The notes beneath the pieces are model-generated. The model had not been told where the DNA came from. It saw only the letters and a list, made by a program, of their open reading frames with translations, and ran no database searches. Positions 60,501 through 64,000 of a stretch of DNA of 64,000 nucleotides are shown one piece after another (the stretch's first letter is position 1; each line of letters starts with the position of its first letter). This stretch comes from Ignavibacteriota bacterium (GTDB lineage: Bacteria; Bacteroidota; Ignavibacteria; UBA10030; UBA6906): NCBI GenBank assembly GCA_963801355.1, contig CAWDEM010000008.1:384001-448000 (forward strand). Direction: 5' to 3'. The position numbers and the translations under genes are program-made.

Positions 60501-60837
60501 TGTCAAGTCATTTCTCATAGCGGGCGCAGGCAGCGTGATTGCCTCCGAATGGGACGTCGATGACGAGAGTACGCTCAAGCTGATGAAGGTATTTTATACG
60601 CATTTGAAGACTGGTGAACGGAAGAGCAAGGCGTTACAGGATGCTAAGAAGGAATTGATTGCGGCGGGGATGTGTAATCCTTATTACTGGGCATCGTTCA
60701 TTCTCGTGGGAGATGAAAGGGAGATAGCATTCCCGACGAAATCGAAGATTCCTGCTTCGATTTCATGGGTCATCGCCGGCGTTGCCATCTTCATTCTTTG
60801 CGTGACCGTATTTGTTCATGAACGTGCGAGCAATTAG
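57523..60837 (+). CDS. TPR-CHAT (caspase-like) protease, probably exported and C-terminally anchored
   Basis: Signal-like N-terminus, many TPRs, CHAT motifs L..LPFE.L, IIHIASH, VVLSSC, FL.AGA.SVIAS.W.VDD and PYYWASFILVG, and a C-terminal TM ISWVIAGVAIFILCVTVFV. Confidence 0.9.
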   Translation: MNSLVKWLTICLQGLVCISDTFGTTDPNSVHDHIALRQMVGKGMFAQAALRCEELIKRYPEYISLYETYAEISQYNGTLAGGVGFLEGRFDGTSRGAFLHYGLGCMYMRLGSYDSAQKAFQYALDFGIRDPRFVRGFVYAYERVNGVSRAVSHYQVLCQRKPDRADLWYGLCLTYWGRSDYVNALDAARRAATLVPEELHFRIAVGVLLFAAGQDERKENIISALIDSAKSRYEFESLGLLRSTLIRAFIQEQRLAEAHAQVELLLSEMSAIGNLRWLGWSQIRLAELNFMEADFISSLGNARKAIESARKEGDHDLEGDAGSREFDCFMELGRFREAIQNAQVRLPHRMQEQVNKPAKAFADNARAFMEVGEFEIALEYGIRAIMALEGVAFDPTVAASVHSTLGQIYMGLGQFAEAQRQFSLEEKIIRAPLFSLRDIAVLRGNQGNCYMSQGQLAKAGAAFREQLALVRKTKYSRERVYALVNLGNYHKALRHFWRAREYFLLAMSEGQQMSLRKVVAQAAHNLAALSEHLGTEAETIDWLKKAIFEWERTNWLAKSGLLGIRGADGIIGDFERLITLLMRANRKREAYSVTELYNSSNGSLLLSRGQARQVAASYPIHRRSRDEISNRVERGRLKAYVQPENQMPSYVRSIDEFAGLLMGGEESFSGEDSGDANYRESESASIPMNGQTSDEDIVDGDVAVLSYFVGENQAFLFVATRDTLEAFPLATTRGRIRTLIKRVGSFIDSSPVESAVLLNRPYFKKATAETLLTVLLSPAFGILPSVKRLIIIRGHDLEALPFEMLPSTLLGNFSLPEPKPRFLIEEYEISYRYSAKLQQPNTNPKDASQPFLFALGCSTMPVPSNVSNTASAVRKSPSKPTDDEVLPEIISELKWLKSEFGDLAVAAIDGAASKEVFLKHAERSAIIHIASHSRACNQHRESGSIMLSPAQRNEASDSLSVLDVLKMKTSAKLVVLSSCRTATPFEAYSRIDFVKSFLIAGAGSVIASEWDVDDESTLKLMKVFYTHLKTGERKSKALQDAKKELIAAGMCNPYYWASFILVGDEREIAFPTKSKIPASISWVIAGVAIFILCVTVFVHERASN

Positions 60838-60891
60838 GGCAACAGATCGAATTCGTCCCTTGAGAAGAATAGGCAGGACAGGTAAGCTTGG

Positions 60892-61839
60892 CTAGAGGGT
60901 GAGTGTGAAAGGCGATATCGAAAAAGAGAGTAGCATGATGAACAAACAGATAACTGCAAGTATTTTGCGACGTGTATCGAGCTGATGTAATTCCAGGGTG
61001 GAAGTCTCCCTTCGGCCGGATCGTTTGAGGAATATGAACAAGACTATCGCCCAAACGAGCCAACCGCTCCAACCGAATTCACAATCAACACCGAACAGCG
61101 GAAGAAATCCCAACAAGCCGATAAGACATAGAAACGCCAGAACGATCTTCCCAAACATCTTGGCTTGTTTGGGAAGCAACGCACCTACAACGTGCCCACC
61201 GTCCAATTGGCCAACTGGAATGAGATTCATGGCGGTCACCAAAAGACCAAACCAACCTGCACAAAGGAACGGATAGTGGTAGATCTCATTCATGGGCGGT
61301 ATGAAATCAGCTTGGCCCGCCACAATTTTGCCCAACATGGAATACAGCAAGGGAGCTCCAAAAGTGAGCCCACCTTTGGGTATGGATGGCATGCCAACAT
61401 ATTCTGGATGGATCGAGTACAAGTAGTCGATCGTGGGGAGTGTGGTAAAGCCATAAAGTAGGCAGAGGACGCTAGCCACGAAGCCTGCAATTGGTCCAGA
61501 TGCACCGATGTCAAAGAGCGCTCTCCTCGAATCGATAGACGATCTCAGACGAATTACTGCACCTAATGTGCCAAAGGGGAAAACACCTCCGAGCATGAAG
61601 GAGGGAAACGGTAGGAAGTAAGGCAGGGTTGCATCGACCTTGTGAGCACGCGCGGCAAAATAATGTCCGAACTCATGAGTCAAAAGGATAAAACAGACAG
61701 CAACACCGTAAGGGATTCCCCGTTTGACGTCAGCCAGCTCGTAAGGGTTAAGGTTGAGCCACTGAACTCCCGCAAAGACTGTGGTGACGAAGGTGAGGGA
61801 GAAGAGGATCACGTGAAGGGCGGCTCTCTTCAGCTGCAT
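60892..61839 (-). CDS. Site-2 protease (M50 family)
   Basis: HEFGH, PYFLP..GTLGA.I, DIGASGP.AG and NLIPVGQLDGGH motifs; AGGAG upstream (alternative TTG start at 61848). Confidence 0.93.
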   Translation of the reverse strand: MQLKRAALHVILFSLTFVTTVFAGVQWLNLNPYELADVKRGIPYGVAVCFILLTHEFGHYFAARAHKVDATLPYFLPFPSFMLGGVFPFGTLGAVIRLRSSIDSRRALFDIGASGPIAGFVASVLCLLYGFTTLPTIDYLYSIHPEYVGMPSIPKGGLTFGAPLLYSMLGKIVAGQADFIPPMNEIYHYPFLCAGWFGLLVTAMNLIPVGQLDGGHVVGALLPKQAKMFGKIVLAFLCLIGLLGFLPLFGVDCEFGWSGWLVWAIVLFIFLKRSGRRETSTLELHQLDTRRKILAVICLFIMLLSFSISPFTLTL

Positions 61840-62023
61840 AGATCTCAACTCTCCTGCAGGTCGCCCATGTGCGTCAAGAAGTACGAGTGTGGCGTTGCTT
61901 GGACCGCGTCTTCAAATGCCACCCACTATCTCTCATGCCCTTGGGAGATTTGAAATGAGAACTACTTGCACAGCTGGCTGCTCTGACAGCGGGGGCACTT
62001 GTGATGATCGAGCGCACTACTCG

Positions 62024-62188
62024 TCACGGCCGCGGTGGATTCAGGGTTGTTGGTGCACCGCTTGTTTTGGGACGGGGGGGATTCAATGTCGTCGGTGCAC
62101 CGCTCGAGTAGGCGATCGCCCAATTGATCGCCAGGATACCAGCTACAGCCAAAACCAATGAGCGGAACTTGCGGGCGTTGCGGCTCAT
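62024..62188 (-). CDS. 54-aa secreted precursor peptide with two identical 12-aa cores (SGAPTTLNPPRP)
   Basis: GAAGGAG RBS before the ATG, basic n-region, hydrophobic h-region and AIA site. The two 36-nt copies differ at 8 positions, all synonymous. Confidence 0.85.
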   Translation of the reverse strand: MSRNARKFRSLVLAVAGILAINWAIAYSSGAPTTLNPPRPKTSGAPTTLNPPRP

Positions 62189-62399
62189 GTTTTCTCCTTC
62201 TTGATGCTTACTGATTATGATTCTTCGGATCGTTTGCTCGATGAGTGTCGGACAAAAAAGAATACACCACACCCTGGTTTGCCTGCTAACACTGCTGCGA
62301 GATGTAACTGGAGAACAATGAAGCAATGATCGAGGGTACTACCACGTTTCCGCCAACCGCCTGAGAACGGCCTGCAGAATATTGTTCAACTGTTGGTCA

Positions 62400-62428
62400 A
62401 ATATATACATCCTCAAGGCTAGTGTCAA
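62400..62428 (-). promoter_or_regulatory. Near-consensus sigma70 promoter facing the peptide and S2P genes
   Basis: TTGACA-N17-TATATT on the minus strand. Confidence 0.65.
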
Positions 62429-62466
62429 GTTTTTTCTTCTTTTTCGCACAAATTCACGCAAATTCC

Positions 62467-62481
62467 TGGCGCGATATTTGC
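62467..62481 (+). promoter_or_regulatory. Sigma54 (-24/-12) promoter
   Basis: TGGCGCGATATTTGC has the GG-N10-GC spacing with one mismatch to TGGCACG-N4-TTGC, and lies upstream of an operon encoding a sigma54 activator. Confidence 0.6.
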
Positions 62482-62542
62482 GTGCAAACGTGTGATTTGG
62501 CTCACAAATTCGCCTATTTCATAAATTTTTGCGTTTCTTCGC

Positions 62543-62571
62543 TTGACTTAACACCATCCCCCTCCTATATT
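62543..62571 (+). promoter_or_regulatory. Sigma70-type promoter for the membrane protein gene
   Basis: TTGACT-N17-TATATT. Confidence 0.6.
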
Positions 62572-62599
62572 GCAGGCAGCCACAATAGCGGCTGGGAAC

Positions 62600-63766
62600 G
62601 TGAACCTTAGCGGCAAAAATATCTTCAGGATCTGGATTTTCATCATGGCTGTCTACACCGTCCTGCTCCTATCCCTGGAGCACGAGCCGGTGAGCGTGTC
62701 TCTCTTCGCCCTGATTTCTATGGAGACGCTCAGCTTTCTGATTACTGTCGCCATCATACGCCGTGAGACGAGCACAAAGAACAAGATGATATTTGTCAAC
62801 TTTGCACTGGTCTTCAGTACGGCGTTCCTGGGGATGATTGGTTCGTTTATTACACATTCGATGTTTCCCGATAACCGCTTTGCTAAACACCTTTTCGACC
62901 AATATACCTCATACGGGGCCTATGCATTCTTCCTGGCCTTCAGCATAGGGTACCTAGCGATCGACGTTCTCTTTCGTGACTTCAGAATATTCGCAAAGTA
63001 CAGCGTAACCCTCCTGGTTGTCGGCGGACTCTTTGTGCTCTACTTCCACCCATTCCTGACGGACCCGATGCACTCTTACCACACTCAGGACATTCGGGAC
63101 TGGAAGACCGTGGATTCCTTGAATAGTGCCTTCATCAAGACGCGGGGATACGGACCCAACGCTGAGGAACTTGCTCAAACGAGCCAGTTGTACGTGTACG
63201 ACGGGAAGGACACGGTAGCCGTGCTTCAGCCTGAAGCAAGAGAACGCCGCATCGCCCAGCTGCTGCCCTACGTCGGCGACAATTACGGTCCGCTCGTGAA
63301 CAAGCCAATCTTGCAGTACACAATTCAAATGTCAATCGTCGGCATCATTTTTTCGTTGCTCTTTTTTGGCTACCTCTACATGAAAGATCCTCCCCAGGGA
63401 GCATATATCGAAAAGATCATGTTCCTGTGGCTCGTTTTCTGCAGCATGGAGGTACTCCATAACTGGGGGGCCATCAACGCTGTCGAGTGGGAAACGCTGT
63501 CAAGCATCTTCTCGACAGGTCAATATGCTTCAAATGTGGCCCTCGTGTTCATTGCGCTCTATCTTTCGCTCCGACTACGGTTCATCACAAGTGTCAAGGG
63601 GGAATTTTACGAACAGGAATTGTCAGAACGTCCGGCAGGGGTTACGCGCTGGCGCGATACGCTGGACAATATGGTGGTGGAAAGCTTCTTCAACCGGCAG
63701 ACAATCATGGGGAGGCTCTTTGCCGTGCCGGCCCACCAGCAACACCAACATTCACAACCTCGGTAG
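62600..63766 (+). CDS. Multi-pass membrane protein of unknown function (candidate sensor)
   Basis: About 8-9 hydrophobic segments, one ~90-aa soluble loop and a charged C-terminal tail. No kinase H-box is recognisable. GTG start chosen at 62600. Confidence 0.75.
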   Translation: MNLSGKNIFRIWIFIMAVYTVLLLSLEHEPVSVSLFALISMETLSFLITVAIIRRETSTKNKMIFVNFALVFSTAFLGMIGSFITHSMFPDNRFAKHLFDQYTSYGAYAFFLAFSIGYLAIDVLFRDFRIFAKYSVTLLVVGGLFVLYFHPFLTDPMHSYHTQDIRDWKTVDSLNSAFIKTRGYGPNAEELAQTSQLYVYDGKDTVAVLQPEARERRIAQLLPYVGDNYGPLVNKPILQYTIQMSIVGIIFSLLFFGYLYMKDPPQGAYIEKIMFLWLVFCSMEVLHNWGAINAVEWETLSSIFSTGQYASNVALVFIALYLSLRLRFITSVKGEFYEQELSERPAGVTRWRDTLDNMVVESFFNRQTIMGRLFAVPAHQQHQHSQPR

Positions 63767-63799
63767 AACGCCACATGTACTGCCGTCAAGGGGGGGGCC

Positions 63800-64000
63800 A
63801 TGGAGCATAGGGAACAGAAATCGGCCGACGATAAGAAAGGCCGGCCGCACTTCGAATACCCCATCGTCGGGAAAAGCAAGGCCGTCGATCAACTCATCAA
63901 ACAGATTTCGTCGCTGGCAAAGAACCGCCGGGATGTGCTGATCGTGGGCGAAGCAGGCGTCGGCAAGGGGGCCGTCGCAAAGGATATCTATATCAGCGGC
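63800..64000 (+). CDS. Sigma54-dependent activator (bEBP AAA+), no N-terminal receiver, 3' end outside the window
   Basis: Reads MEHREQ...PIVGKSKAVDQLIKQISSLAKNRRDVLIVGEAGVGKGAVAKDIY, with the IVG.S start of the AAA+ domain and a Walker A motif within about 55 aa. Confidence 0.8.
   Translation, partial: MEHREQKSADDKKGRPHFEYPIVGKSKAVDQLIKQISSLAKNRRDVLIVGEAGVGKGAVAKDIYISG

Noticed and set aside
57523-60837. TPR-CHAT as part of a type III-E CRISPR (Craspase) or anti-phage locus
   Set aside because: There is no Cas7-11, array or effector gene nearby, and the signal-like N-terminus and C-terminal TM argue for an extracytoplasmic role.
62189-62326. N-terminal extension of the 100-aa ORF call 62024..62326
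   Set aside because: It uses a TTG start with no RBS. The strong GAAGGAG RBS and the signal-peptide n-region point to ATG 62188.

Overview
A 64 kb stretch of a GC-rich bacterial chromosome, most likely Ignavibacteria or another Chlorobi-related FCB lineage. The evidence is two proteins with C-terminal NYPNPFNPST/NFPNPFNPTT sorting-type domains, E. coli-type TTGnnn-N17-TAnnnT promoters, and a mitochondrial-type aconitase. Most of the window is core genome: tRNA-Ser/Arg/Ala, SRP RNA, an RNase E/G-gcvT-comB-ftsK-lolA-ppiA-holA run, clpS-alaS-gmhA-wcaJ, aconitase, ald, polX, nth, a group 3b [NiFe] hydrogenase operon and a frameshifted hisC. The most notable region is 56.1-64.0 kb. An ECF sigma, a single-TM anti-sigma and a membrane-anchored TPR-CHAT (caspase-like) protease converge on a 54-aa secreted precursor and an M50 site-2 protease. 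The precursor carries two identical SGAPTTLNPPRP cores whose DNA differs only at 8 synonymous sites. Divergently lie a multi-TM protein and a receiver-less sigma-54 activator behind a -24/-12 promoter. This looks like a candidate peptide-signal, regulated-proteolysis system; the mechanism is inferred. Secondary oddities include an ExbD-N/TonB-C chimera lacking the ExbD Asp, an aconitase with a histone-H1-like tail, a structured RNase E/G leader, and an integrase-like relic at tRNA-Ser. All calls come from motif recognition by eye; no database searches were run.
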